Below, piece by piece: positions 38,391 through 48,688 of a DNA stretch of 64,000 nt. Under the pieces are notes generated by a model. That model saw nothing but the letters and a program-made list of their open reading frames with translations. It had not been told where the DNA came from and did no database searches. This DNA is from Candidatus Atribacteria bacterium UBA6251. Lineage in GTDB: Bacteria; Atribacterota; Phoenicimicrobiia; Phoenicimicrobiales; Phoenicimicrobiaceae. The stretch's first letter is position 1. Every line of letters starts with the position of its first letter. Where the stretch lies: contig DJVR01000034.1 of NCBI GenBank assembly GCA_002441285.1, forward strand, positions 3,369-67,368, written 5' to 3'. The position numbers and the translations under genes are program-made.

Positions 38391-38816
38391 TTAAAAATCG
38401 TTTTCATTAGTTTTTATTTTTACAATAGCTTTACGAACTACAAAAATGCGTTCATTATTATCTTCCGGGTCAAGGGGAAAGACAAAAAATCCATCTTCAT
38501 ATCTTCCAAAATTATAACAGGTGCCATAGATCTCTTCCCCATCTTCAAAAAAAATAACTACTTTTTTTTGACTGGGTGTTACCTTGAATCTTTCATCATC
38601 AAAGTTTCTTACTTTCTGATAATCTTTATTACCGAAAAAATCTTTAACAAAAAAGATTGCTTTTAGGGGAGCAAATACGAGATTAAGAGTCTCCTTTGAG
38701 CTATATTCCATCAAGGGGTAAAGGGTAAAGAAATGACGTTCCGGACTAAAATCTTCTACCCAACCTTTAATAATTTCTCCATTTTTATATTTTACTACTA
38801 CCTTCTTTTTCAACAT
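38391..38816 (-). CDS. Uncharacterized protein with internal tandem duplication (paralog A)
   Basis: 141 aa. Same two-repeat architecture (VVVKYKNGEIIKGW... / VVIFFEDGEEIYG...FFVFPLDP). Confidence 0.6.
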   Translation of the reverse strand: MLKKKVVVKYKNGEIIKGWVEDFSPERHFFTLYPLMEYSSKETLNLVFAPLKAIFFVKDFFGNKDYQKVRNFDDERFKVTPSQKKVVIFFEDGEEIYGTCYNFGRYEDGFFVFPLDPEDNNERIFVVRKAIVKIKTNENDF

Positions 38817-38826
38817 AGCAAATTTC

Positions 38827-39543
38827 CTAAAGCTTAATATTTTTTAATTCCTTTCTTAAGGACTTAATGGCTTCTTTTTTAATGCGAGAAACCTGCTTCT
38901 GAGAAAGATCTAGAGCCTGAGCGGTTTTGGTCTGAGTTAAATCTTTAAGGAAGATATAATTAACCACTTTACGCTGGATATCTTTTAATTTGTTTAGAGC
39001 CATTTCTAAGGTAATTAAATCTTCTATAGGTAATTTAAAGCTCTGATAATGATCATTCTTTATTTTAGAAATAACCGGTAAATCCCGGTAGTCATACATT
39101 CTATTTTCCTGGTCAATAGAAACAGTATGCACTGCTTCCCTAGCCTTTAAAATCTCTTTTACTCCTTCTTCGGTAAGATTGAATTGAGCAGCAATTTGTT
39201 TAAGAGAAGGCATTTGGTTATTTTCTTTTTTGTATTTAAGAATATACTGATCGATTTTTTTATTTAATTCCATTACCCAGTGAGGAATTTTTATAGTTTG
39301 ATGCTTGTCCCGAATATAATGACGAATCTCTCCCGAGATAAGCCAGGAGGCATAAGTTTCAAATTTTACCTTCCGGGCTGGATCATAAAGGTTTAAGGCA
39401 TTAATTAATCCAATATAACCTACCTGCTCTAAATCCTCCAAAGGTTCTCCAGAATTGATAAATTTAGCTGCAATACTACGCACTAAAGGTTTATATTTTA
39501 AAATTATTTCATCATTTATTTCTTGAGTAGTTGACATTACCAC
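38827..39543 (-). CDS. Group-3 sigma-70-family sigma factor (FliA/SigB/SigF-like), paralog 2
   Basis: 238 aa. Region 2 (DLEQVGYIGLINALNLYDP...FETYASWLISGEIRHYIRD) and region 4 HTH (LTQTKTAQALDLSQKQVSRIKKEAI). Confidence 0.8.
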   Translation of the reverse strand: MVMSTTQEINDEIILKYKPLVRSIAAKFINSGEPLEDLEQVGYIGLINALNLYDPARKVKFETYASWLISGEIRHYIRDKHQTIKIPHWVMELNKKIDQYILKYKKENNQMPSLKQIAAQFNLTEEGVKEILKAREAVHTVSIDQENRMYDYRDLPVISKIKNDHYQSFKLPIEDLITLEMALNKLKDIQRKVVNYIFLKDLTQTKTAQALDLSQKQVSRIKKEAIKSLRKELKNIKL

Positions 39544-39594
39544 AAACTCATCATCCTTTTTTAAATTTACCCTTAAAAAAAGATTTTTTGGGGG

Positions 39595-40290
39595 TTATTC
39601 TTTTTCTAATTCTTCCTTTAAATCTTCCAGAGTCCTTTTTTTAATTCGAGAAACTTGCCGTTGACTCAAACCCAGTTTCTGCGCTACTTTGGTTTCGGTT
39701 AAATCCATTTCAAAAAGATAATAAATTACTTTTTTTTGAATATTTTTTAATTTTTGCACTGCCATCTGTAAGGTGATAATATCTTCAATAGGCAATCTAA
39801 AAGTTTGATAGTTTGTACTTTTGATACTACCAATTTTAGGAAAACTATCAGTTAATTCCACATTTCCATCTTTTTGGTCTAGAGAAATAGTCTTTGCAAG
39901 ATTATAAATTTTAAGAATTTCTTTTATTCCTTCTTCCGCAATATTAAATTTTTTTGATATTTCGCTTAAAGAAGGATCAGTTTTATTTTCTTCTTGATAA
40001 AAGAAGATATATTCATTAATTCTTTTATTCAACTTTCTCATCCATTCTGGTATTTTTATAGCTGATTTTTTATCTCTTAGATAATGTTGTATTTCACCAG
40101 AGATAAGCCAGGAAGCATAAGTCTCAAATTTAACCTTCTTAGCAGGATTATAAAGATTATAAGCATTAATCAGACCAATATAACCTACCTGTTCTAAATC
40201 TTCCAGAGGTTCTCCTGTATATTTAAATTTAGCGGCAATTCTTTTAACCAATGGTCGGTATTTTTCAATCTGTTTATCATTTATTTTCAC
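39595..40290 (-). CDS. Group-3 sigma-70-family sigma factor (FliA/SigB/SigF-like), paralog 1
   Basis: 231 aa. Same region 2/region 4 signatures as 38827-39543 (YASWLISGEIQHYLRD, LSQRQVSRIKKRTL). Confidence 0.8.
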   Translation of the reverse strand: MKINDKQIEKYRPLVKRIAAKFKYTGEPLEDLEQVGYIGLINAYNLYNPAKKVKFETYASWLISGEIQHYLRDKKSAIKIPEWMRKLNKRINEYIFFYQEENKTDPSLSEISKKFNIAEEGIKEILKIYNLAKTISLDQKDGNVELTDSFPKIGSIKSTNYQTFRLPIEDIITLQMAVQKLKNIQKKVIYYLFEMDLTETKVAQKLGLSQRQVSRIKKRTLEDLKEELEKE

Positions 40291-40404
40291 CGCTTTTTAC
40301 ACCTTTATATTATCTAATTAATCTCTTTAATTTAAGGCTAGAAAGTTGATATGTTTTTTTAAAAAGTTTATTGCTTTATCAGTATAAAAAATCTTAACCA
40401 ACTA

Positions 40405-41616
40405 TTATTTTATTAAATTAACCATATTAAAGATGGGTAAATACATCGCAATAATCATTACTCCAACTGTACCGCCAATGACTAACATCATCAAAGGTTC
40501 AATAATGGAAGTTAATCTTTCCACACTGCGATCTACTTCTTCGTCATAGAATTTAGAGACATTGATCAACATTTCTTCTAACTCTCCACTCTCTTCACCT
40601 ACTAGAATCATCTGGGTAACCATAGGTGGAAATACACCGCTGGCAGCCAAAGGAGAGGAAATACTCTGACCTTCTTTTATTCTGGTTTTAGCTCCCAATA
40701 CTGCCTTAGAGATAACCAGATTACCGATAGCATTAGAAGAAACGGTTAAGGCTTCAATGATAGGAACACCGCTCTTGATTAAGGTACCTAAGATACGGGA
40801 AAACCTAGAAATAGCACTTTTACGGTTAATATCCCCTATAATAGGAGCATTTAACTTAAATCGATCAAAGTTTTGTCTTCCATTAGGAGTTTTAATATAG
40901 GCATATAAGCCAAAACTTAGAGCAATGATTAAACCAAAAAATAAATACCAGAATTTTCTAAACAAAATGGTTAGGGTTACAAAAAAATTAGTAAGAGCGG
41001 GAAGCTCTCCTCCAAACTGAGCGAATATTCCTACAAATTGTGGCAGGACAAAGGTAAGCATAAAGATAGCCATCAGAACAGCTGCTCCAATGATAAAGCT
41101 AGGATAACTCATTGCGGATCTGATCTTCTGCCTTAGGGCAAATTCTTTTTCCATTAAATCTGCAATCTTATTTAAAATTTCATCCAGAACCCCTCCTACC
41201 TCACCAGCTTTTATCATACTGATATATAATTCGGAAAATACGTTGGGGTGCTTAGCCATAGCATCAGCCAAGGTTGAACCACCTTCTACGTCAGTTTTAA
41301 CTGTGTTGATAATTCTGGACAAGGCTTTATTTTCTACTTGCTCAGTTAATATATTTAAAGAATTTACTAAAGTCAAACCAGCATTAACCATAGTAGCAAA
41401 CTGACGGTAAAAAATAGTTAAATCCCGAAATTTGATCCGATTAAAGAGAGATATCTCAACAGATAGAAATGTACTTTTTCTTTTTTCTTGAATGGAAGAA
41501 ATAAAATAATTCATTTCCCTTAGACGAGAGACTACGGCTGATTTGTTTTCTCCCTCCATTGTTCCGGTAAAAATTTTACCTGATCTATCTCTAACTTTAT
41601 ACACAAAAGTAGCCAT
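40405..41616 (-). CDS. pilC: Type IV pilus platform protein PilC (GspF family)
   Basis: 403 aa. Two T2SS-F repeats, three TM helices, N-terminus MATFVYKVRDRSGK. Confidence 0.9.
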   Translation of the reverse strand: MATFVYKVRDRSGKIFTGTMEGENKSAVVSRLREMNYFISSIQEKRKSTFLSVEISLFNRIKFRDLTIFYRQFATMVNAGLTLVNSLNILTEQVENKALSRIINTVKTDVEGGSTLADAMAKHPNVFSELYISMIKAGEVGGVLDEILNKIADLMEKEFALRQKIRSAMSYPSFIIGAAVLMAIFMLTFVLPQFVGIFAQFGGELPALTNFFVTLTILFRKFWYLFFGLIIALSFGLYAYIKTPNGRQNFDRFKLNAPIIGDINRKSAISRFSRILGTLIKSGVPIIEALTVSSNAIGNLVISKAVLGAKTRIKEGQSISSPLAASGVFPPMVTQMILVGEESGELEEMLINVSKFYDEEVDRSVERLTSIIEPLMMLVIGGTVGVMIIAMYLPIFNMVNLIK

Positions 41617-41832
41617 TTAGTACATATTCACCTCGCTTTTCCTTAGTCTCTAGTAAAGAGTGTCGAGAGAAAATTAAAATAAATAATTTTTTAGATCAAT
41701 CTGAATGATAATTTCTTGATTAATTTTACTACCATTCTAATAGTTAGTGTATTTTAATTTTACAGTTATTTTTAAATCTTTGTGTTTCTTTCTTTACTAT
41801 ATACTGAATATGGGTACTCAATATTATATTAT

Positions 41833-42978
41833 TTATACTTTGATAATTTCTTTTAGAACATTGATTATTTTTGGGTCATATTTTTTCCCGGTAAAAGAGA
41901 AAAATCTTTTTAATGCTTCTTTGTCGGGTAAAGAATTTTCTACATAATTATTCTTGCTATTATTATAAAGTATATTAGTAAAATCTTCAACCACAGCTAT
42001 AATCCGAGAAGCAAGAGGGATTTCTTCTCCTTTTAGCCCCTTGGGATAACCTGATCCGTCATAATTTTCGTGATGATGGAGGATAATGGGTGCTAAATCT
42101 TTGAATAAATGTATCTGTTTAAGCATATTTGCTCCAATTATAGGATGCATACTTATTTCTTTTTGAATTATAGGAGTTAGGTTTTCTCTTGGTCTTGGTT
42201 TGAAGCTAAGATCTATTTTATGGTTAGTTTTTAATTTACCAATATTATGTAAAAGTGCGGCATAATATAAGTTATTATATTCTTTCCCGACTATTCCTAA
42301 TTTATTACCAACCTGGGTAGCTAATCGTGCTACTTGCATAAAATAGCCTTTGGGACCAAGAGGGTCACTCTCTATGGCTTGAATCAATATCTCCATAATA
42401 TTTACAAAATAATTATTTAAATCTCTGATAATATTAGCATTTCTTAAAACGACTACAGCTTGATTAGCAAAAGAGGTTAAGGTCTGTTCATCATTTTTAT
42501 CGAAAAGTTTATTCTCTTTTTTATTGACTACCTCCATTACCCCTAATATTTCTTTCTCTAATATTAAAGGCACACAAATAATTGATTTAGTTTTAAATTT
42601 TGTTTTTTCATCAAATATTTTCTTCCATCGCTTATCTTTGGATACATCATTAACTATCAGAGAAATACCATTTTCAGCAACCCATCCAGCAATTCCTTCT
42701 CCAACTTTAACTTTATAGCCTCTTATTTCCTTGCTCTTTTTACCTAAACTTGCTTGAAAAGATAATTCTCTTTTCTCTTGGTCTAACAGCAATATAGAAG
42801 CAGCTTCTCCTTCTACGATTATAGTGGCATAATTAATTATCTTGTTTAACAAAATATCTAAATCTATAGTATGGGTTAAATCAAAAGTTATTTTATTTAA
42901 GGCATCTAATTGTAATAACTTCTTTTTGAGTTCACTAAATTTGTTATCTTCAACTATATTATTTTTATCATCAATCAT
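41833..42978 (-). CDS. GAF-domain + HD-GYP c-di-GMP phosphodiesterase
   Basis: 381 aa. N-terminal GAF. C-terminal HD-GYP signatures (LLHNIGK, HHHENYDGSGYPKGL). Confidence 0.8.
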   Translation of the reverse strand: MIDDKNNIVEDNKFSELKKKLLQLDALNKITFDLTHTIDLDILLNKIINYATIIVEGEAASILLLDQEKRELSFQASLGKKSKEIRGYKVKVGEGIAGWVAENGISLIVNDVSKDKRWKKIFDEKTKFKTKSIICVPLILEKEILGVMEVVNKKENKLFDKNDEQTLTSFANQAVVVLRNANIIRDLNNYFVNIMEILIQAIESDPLGPKGYFMQVARLATQVGNKLGIVGKEYNNLYYAALLHNIGKLKTNHKIDLSFKPRPRENLTPIIQKEISMHPIIGANMLKQIHLFKDLAPIILHHHENYDGSGYPKGLKGEEIPLASRIIAVVEDFTNILYNNSKNNYVENSLPDKEALKRFFSFTGKKYDPKIINVLKEIIKV

Positions 42979-43000
42979 TTTAATTCACCTCAATTAACTT

Positions 43001-44752
43001 TTAGGAGGTAACTACTCTTAAAACTTCGCTTATGGTAGTAATCCCTGCACAAACTTTTTTTATACCATCCTCCTTTAAGGTACACATACCTTCTTCAAGT
43101 GCAACTTCCTTAAGTTTTTTATTGTTTACGTTCTTAGTAATCAATTCTCTTATAGTGTCAGTGATAATCATTAACTCGAAGAGGGCAATTCTACCCTTAT
43201 ATCCTGTGTGCTTACAATTAGAACACCCTTCACCTTGGTATAAAGTTATCTCCGAACTTCTTATCTCATAGTCATTCATTATTTCTTGTATTTCGGGAGT
43301 TACTTCTAATACTTTTTTACATTGGGGGCAGATTCTTCTTACCAATCTTTGCGCAATAATACCAATTACTGAAGAAGAGATTAGAAATGGTTCAATTCCC
43401 ATATCGATTAATCTTATCACTGAACCGGGAGCATCGTTAGTATGTAGAGTACTTAGCACTAAATGCCCGGTAAGTGCTGCCTGGACTGCAATTTCGGCAG
43501 TTTCTTTATCTCTAATCTCTCCTACTAGCATAATATCAGGGTCCTGACGCAAAAAACTTCTTAAACCTGCCGCAAAAGTAAGTCCTATTTTTGGTTTAGC
43601 TTGAATCTGACTAATTCCCTTTAATCTATATTCTACTGGGTCTTCAATAGTCATAATCTTTTTTTCACTGGAATTCAATAAATTTAAAGCGGTATATAGG
43701 GTAGTAGATTTTCCACTTCCAGTAGGACCAGTAACCAGAATAATACCATTTGGCTTACTAATTAAAGAAACAAATTTGGGAAGAATATCTTTGGACAAAC
43801 CTAAAGAGTCTAAGTCTAATAAAATGCTCGCTGGATCTAAGATTCTTAATACTACACTCTCTCCATTTACAGTAGGGATAGTAGAAACTCTAATATTTAT
43901 ATTTCTTCCCCCCACTTTAACTTGAATTCTACCATCTTGCGGTAATCTTCTTTCGGCAATATCTAAATCAGACATTATTTTTATTCTAGAAATAACAGCT
44001 AAATGTAAATTTTTGGGTAGGGTCATTACATCGATTAATATCCCATCAATGCGATAACGCACTCTAAGGCTTTCTTCTCCAAATAATTCTATATGAATAT
44101 CACTGGCTTTCTCTTTAACTGCTCTCAAAATAATCAGATTAACCAGGGCAATTACTGGCGCTTCTTCGCTTTTACTTACTTCCGCAATATCACTAATTTC
44201 TTTTTCATCTTCTTTTAAAACGGTAACTTGCATATTTTCCAGTTTACCAATTACCTGATCCCATTCTTCCGTAATTCCATATACTTCATCTAAAGCTCGA
44301 TTAATATCTTCACCAAAAGCTAATACCGAATCAATATCATATCCTAATCTAATTTTTAATTCATCATGCGCAAAAACATCTAAAGGGTTTGCCATAGCTA
44401 CCAGTAATCTGTCTCTCTCTTTATCAATAGCAATAAGCTGATGTCTTCTAGACATCTCTTCAGGAATTAAGACTACTATGGTAGGATCAATATTTATTTC
44501 ATTTAAATTTACGTATTTTACCCCAATTTCATCAGCTAAAGCAAGCATCATTTCGTCTTTTTTAAGTATACCCAAATCAATAATTACCTTTTGTAATTCA
44601 TTACCACTATTTTTTTGAATTTTAATAATTCTATCTAATTGCTCATCATTGATTAAATTTCTCTTATATAAGATATCTAACAGGAAATTGCCCGTGATAC
44701 TTTTACTTATGTTTTTTTTCATTCTTCCTCTCCTAATGAATGCAAAGTGCAA
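43001..44752 (-). CDS. pilB: Type IV pilus assembly ATPase PilB (GspE family)
   Basis: 583 aa. N-terminal GSPII_E_N domains, Walker A GPTGSGKSTTLY, tetracysteine CPQC...CSNC. Confidence 0.9.
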   Translation of the reverse strand: MHFAFIRRGRMKKNISKSITGNFLLDILYKRNLINDEQLDRIIKIQKNSGNELQKVIIDLGILKKDEMMLALADEIGVKYVNLNEINIDPTIVVLIPEEMSRRHQLIAIDKERDRLLVAMANPLDVFAHDELKIRLGYDIDSVLAFGEDINRALDEVYGITEEWDQVIGKLENMQVTVLKEDEKEISDIAEVSKSEEAPVIALVNLIILRAVKEKASDIHIELFGEESLRVRYRIDGILIDVMTLPKNLHLAVISRIKIMSDLDIAERRLPQDGRIQVKVGGRNINIRVSTIPTVNGESVVLRILDPASILLDLDSLGLSKDILPKFVSLISKPNGIILVTGPTGSGKSTTLYTALNLLNSSEKKIMTIEDPVEYRLKGISQIQAKPKIGLTFAAGLRSFLRQDPDIMLVGEIRDKETAEIAVQAALTGHLVLSTLHTNDAPGSVIRLIDMGIEPFLISSSVIGIIAQRLVRRICPQCKKVLEVTPEIQEIMNDYEIRSSEITLYQGEGCSNCKHTGYKGRIALFELMIITDTIRELITKNVNNKKLKEVALEEGMCTLKEDGIKKVCAGITTISEVLRVVTS

Positions 44753-44756
44753 TATT

Positions 44757-45518
44757 TTATCTCATTTTTAAAACTAATCCGATAAAAATAGCCAGTGAAG
44801 TATTAATAATTCTTTTTAAATTATATACCTTTTCTATCTTTTCTGCACTTATTTGGTAATAAATAAAGTTAGCTATTATAAAACCTATAAAAATAATGGC
44901 TATATATTTATCATCTAAATATTGAGTTGAGATAGTTAATAATAAACGATAAGATTTATCGATGGTCTGATTTTCTGGTATTTTAATCTTTATTTTTTTG
45001 GGTACTAATGATGTAAGAGATTTATCTGTAATATCTTCTTTTTCTTTAATATGCAAAAGTAAAATAGGAATAAAAAATACTGAAATAATATATCCGCTTA
45101 AATTGATAATAAATATATCATTATTATAAAATTCTATTAAATAATTTAAAAAAGTACTATTAAAGTTATAATTTAAAAAATAATTTTTATTAAAAATAAT
45201 ACTCAGGATAAAAATTATTCCCAGATGCAAGATTTGATCAAATAAAAAAATTCCTATTGTCAGATTATTATCTTTTTTTGAATGTTCTAATTTTACTTTA
45301 TCAATAATAGTATGGGAAATAAAAATAATCATAAGAAGCAAAATATAGGAAAATTCTTCTAAATAGGGAAAGGTTAAGAGAACAGAAAAGATTAATACTA
45401 TCAGACTATGCAGTAAAACTCCCCATTCAGTATTCATTTTTATATTGAATATTTGCTTGGTTTGTAAAGGAAAATCAGCAATTATATGCGCCAATAACAA
45501 TCTATAAAATAGTGACAT
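44757..45518 (-). CDS. Polytopic membrane protein (DUF3307-like)
   Basis: 253 aa. Hydrophobic, with the motif LLAHIIADFPLQT. Confidence 0.4.
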   Translation of the reverse strand: MSLFYRLLLAHIIADFPLQTKQIFNIKMNTEWGVLLHSLIVLIFSVLLTFPYLEEFSYILLLMIIFISHTIIDKVKLEHSKKDNNLTIGIFLFDQILHLGIIFILSIIFNKNYFLNYNFNSTFLNYLIEFYNNDIFIINLSGYIISVFFIPILLLHIKEKEDITDKSLTSLVPKKIKIKIPENQTIDKSYRLLLTISTQYLDDKYIAIIFIGFIIANFIYYQISAEKIEKVYNLKRIINTSLAIFIGLVLKMR

Positions 45519-45816
45519 TTGGCAAATTCTCCAAATTCAACAATTCTATGGCTTTCTATATTGTTACTTATAGTAAGGGAAGTTTAGTAATATAAACATA
45601 TTTAGTTAAATCCACTGGTAATTGGGAATAAATTTTTATTAATTTGATATTAATCTATTACAGCTAGGTTAGAAAATAAATTTAGAATTTTAATAAAATA
45701 TTATTTTGTTTACTCCTCCCTTCCCTAACTAACTGGTTTACAAATTATCTGTGTACTTCTAAAGTAAGGTGTGAAGTGTATATTTTTAAAAATTGTTAAT
45801 GTGATTAACCTAAAAT

Positions 45817-46350
45817 TCATTTAGGCCAGTCACCGTTTTCCAGATTAATTAAATTTCTTTTCAACCAGTAAGAAAGAATAATTCTTTCAAAATTACGCTT
45901 AAAAAATGTTCCTATCGAATCTCTATTGATGATAGGTTTAACTAAAATAGTGGTAAGTTTTAACCTGTTTCCTCCCCAGATATCGGTAAAAATCTGATCA
46001 CCGATTACTACGGTCTCTTTTTTTTCTGTTTTTAATATTTTTAGACCATTTAAAAAAGGTGTATTACAAGGTTTAAAAAATTTTGAATAGTAAGGAATAT
46101 TCAAAAATTTGGCAAATTTCTCGACTCTTTTTGATTTGGTATTAGAAACTATGCAAAGCTTAAATTCTAATTTTTTCGCTTCATTAACCCAATTAATAAC
46201 CTTCTGGTCTATTTTATTACCTCCCCAAGCCACCAAAGTATTATCTAAATCAATAATAATGCCTTTTATTCTCTGCTTTTCTTTTAACTTTTTTAAATCT
46301 ATATTATAAATTGAATTGACATAAACCTTCGGTTTGAATATTTCAAACAA
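45817..46350 (-). CDS. HAD-superfamily phosphatase, YqeG-like (subfamily IIIA)
   Basis: 177 aa. DLDNTL motif I, SNT motif II, GDQIFTD motif IV. Confidence 0.7.
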   Translation of the reverse strand: MFEIFKPKVYVNSIYNIDLKKLKEKQRIKGIIIDLDNTLVAWGGNKIDQKVINWVNEAKKLEFKLCIVSNTKSKRVEKFAKFLNIPYYSKFFKPCNTPFLNGLKILKTEKKETVVIGDQIFTDIWGGNRLKLTTILVKPIINRDSIGTFFKRNFERIILSYWLKRNLINLENGDWPK

Positions 46351-46590
46351 TTCTTTATCCTCTTTTTAGATTTTTATAAATAGTAGCTTGTTTTTAGAAA
46401 ACGTTTTCTAATCTCCTAATAAATAGATTATATTATTTTTGAAAAATTACTTCTCACTTTTTTAGTTCGCTATGGCCTTATAAAAATAAAGGGATGCAGT
46501 ATTATTAAATTATTGCACCATTAAATTTGTAAGGAATTTTGACTATTAGTAAAAGATCATTTGCTGACTTCTAATGATTAGGTGCTAAAA

Positions 46591-47235
46591 CTAGGCGATA
46601 GATTTTATTTTGCTTACAATTATATCAATAGCAACGTCATTTAATCCACCCTGAGGTATAATAATATCTGCATAGCGTTTAGAGGGTTCTACAAATTGTA
46701 AAAACATTGGCTTTACTATATTTAAATATTGGTTAATTACAGATTCCATAGTTCGCCCTCTTTCTTTGGTGTCTCTTAATAATCTCCGAATAAACCGTTC
46801 GTCCTCATCTGCATCTACAAAAATTTTTATATCAAGAAGTTCCCTAATTCTCTCTTCTTCCAGAACCATTATACCTTCCAGGATAATAATATCCTTTGGG
46901 ATTACCTTCTCTACTTCCTTTTTTCTTGTATAATCAGTAAAAGAATAGATGGGTTTTTCAATCTCTTCTTTTTTAATTAGTTTTTTTAGATGGGCTATTA
47001 GTAGGTCATTATCAAAAGCAGAAGGATGATCAAAATTAACTTTCTTTCTTTCTTCCAGAGGAATATGGCTTAAATCTTTATAATAAGCATCTTGTTCTAA
47101 AACTAAAACATTCTTTCCTTTCAAACTTTCATATATTCGATAAGCAACAGTAGTCTTTCCTGAACCAGTTCCCCCGGCAATTCCAATTATTAATGTTTTC
47201 ATATTCCCTCCTATGTAAAAAAAAGTGCCTGGCAC
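46591..47235 (-). CDS. udk: Uridine kinase
   Basis: 214 aa. P-loop [12 protein letters not shown] and uridine kinase core. Confidence 0.9.
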   Translation of the reverse strand: MPGTFFYIGGNMKTLIIGIAGGTGSGKTTVAYRIYESLKGKNVLVLEQDAYYKDLSHIPLEERKKVNFDHPSAFDNDLLIAHLKKLIKKEEIEKPIYSFTDYTRKKEVEKVIPKDIIILEGIMVLEEERIRELLDIKIFVDADEDERFIRRLLRDTKERGRTMESVINQYLNIVKPMFLQFVEPSKRYADIIIPQGGLNDVAIDIIVSKIKSIA

Positions 47236-47241
47236 TTTTTT

Positions 47242-48189
47242 TTACATCTTGTTTTTGAGATGATCTTCGTAGGTCCTGGAAAAGATATGTTTTCCATCTG
47301 GACCTAAGGTGAAAAAGAGCCATTCAGTTTCAGCCGGCTCCAAAGCTGCCTTAATGGACTCCAAACCCGGGTTACAAATAGGACCAGGAGGAAGACCATA
47401 ATATAAATAGGTGTTATAGGGTGAATCAATATTTAAATCTGTATCACTTAACTTTTCTTTTGGATGACCTAAAATATATTGAATGGTAGCACAAGATTGC
47501 AATTTCATATTAATCTTTAAACGATTATAAAATACAGAAGCTATGATCTTTTTTTCTTCATCATATTTGGCTTCTCTTTCAATCAGTGATGCCATAGTAA
47601 TAACCTCTTCCCAGGACAGCTTATTTGGTCTACTTTTTTGCTGAAGGTCTTCAGTTCTTTGTTGAAAATTTTCTTGCATCAATCTATACATTTTTTCAGC
47701 TCCGTATCCTTTAGGAACTTCATAAGTATCTGGAAAAAGGTACCCTTCTCCCATATTTTTATTCTCCCTTACCAACTTTAAGAAAGATTCCTTTGAAGCA
47801 ATCTCTTTATTTTCCAATAAATCCGCGATTTGTACACAGGTATAACCTTCGGGGATAGTTATTCGATAAACTATTATCTCTCCTTTGATCATTTTCTCTA
47901 AAATCTGGCGTAGATTCATTGCGGGACTAAGATGGTATTCACCATATCTTAATTTATCTTCTAATTTAGATAATCTCAAGAATAGGGGCAAAAAATAAAT
48001 ATTTTTTCGGATAATCTGATTATCTTCTAATATTTTCACAATTTGCCTGGCATTAGCTCCAGGAGGAATAATAATAATCTTTTGTAAAAAAGAATTTTCT
48101 TCCGCAGGAAAGTAAAAAGCAGTAAGCATCAAGATAGTCAGCAATAATATTACTGAAAATAAAAAGAATAGCTTTCTAAAAAAATTCAT
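47242..48189 (-). CDS. mltG: Endolytic murein transglycosylase MltG (YceG)
   Basis: 315 aa. N-terminal TM and YceG-like domain (EGYLFPDTYE). Confidence 0.85.
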   Translation of the reverse strand: MNFFRKLFFLFSVILLLTILMLTAFYFPAEENSFLQKIIIIPPGANARQIVKILEDNQIIRKNIYFLPLFLRLSKLEDKLRYGEYHLSPAMNLRQILEKMIKGEIIVYRITIPEGYTCVQIADLLENKEIASKESFLKLVRENKNMGEGYLFPDTYEVPKGYGAEKMYRLMQENFQQRTEDLQQKSRPNKLSWEEVITMASLIEREAKYDEEKKIIASVFYNRLKINMKLQSCATIQYILGHPKEKLSDTDLNIDSPYNTYLYYGLPPGPICNPGLESIKAALEPAETEWLFFTLGPDGKHIFSRTYEDHLKNKM

Positions 48190-48195
48190 CTTCCT

Positions 48196-48618
48196 TTACC
48201 TGTTATTCATCATTCTTCTATCTAAATAGGATTGTAGGATAATTACTGCTGACATTTTATCAATTACCTTTTTTCTTTTTTTTCGGCTTCTATCCATTTC
48301 AATCAAAAGTCTTTCTGCTTTAGCTGTACTTAATCTTTCATCTTCCAATTCTACCTGAATATCACAAATATTTTTTAGATTATGAGCAAAAGAAAGCACC
48401 TTTTCAGCCTGTTTACCCAAAGTTCCATTCATATTACGGGGTAAACCTAAGACTATCTTTTCTACTCCATAGTGATTGACTATATCTTTTATTTTTTCTA
48501 AATCATCTTTTTCCACAGTACAAAGAACAGTAGGTAGACCCTGGGCAGTTATACCTAATTCATCACTTATAGCCAGACCAATCCTTTTTTCTCCTAAATC
48601 TATTCCCAATATTCTCAA
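48196..48618 (-). CDS. ruvX: Holliday-junction resolvase-like RuvX (YqgF)
   Basis: 140 aa. MRILGIDLGEKRIGLAISDE signature. Confidence 0.9.
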   Translation of the reverse strand: MRILGIDLGEKRIGLAISDELGITAQGLPTVLCTVEKDDLEKIKDIVNHYGVEKIVLGLPRNMNGTLGKQAEKVLSFAHNLKNICDIQVELEDERLSTAKAERLLIEMDRSRKKRKKVIDKMSAVIILQSYLDRRMMNNR

Positions 48619-48688
48619 TCTTTAATTCTCCGCAAGCTCTTTTTAAAATTTTTAGAAAGGAAATATAACTAAAAAATATTTTAATTAT

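Noticed and set aside
47129-47323. Minus-strand 64-aa ORF spanning the udk/mltG junction
   Set aside because: It overlaps the 3' end of mltG and the 5' end of udk in another frame, has an Arg/Trp-rich translation, and has no RBS or family resemblance.
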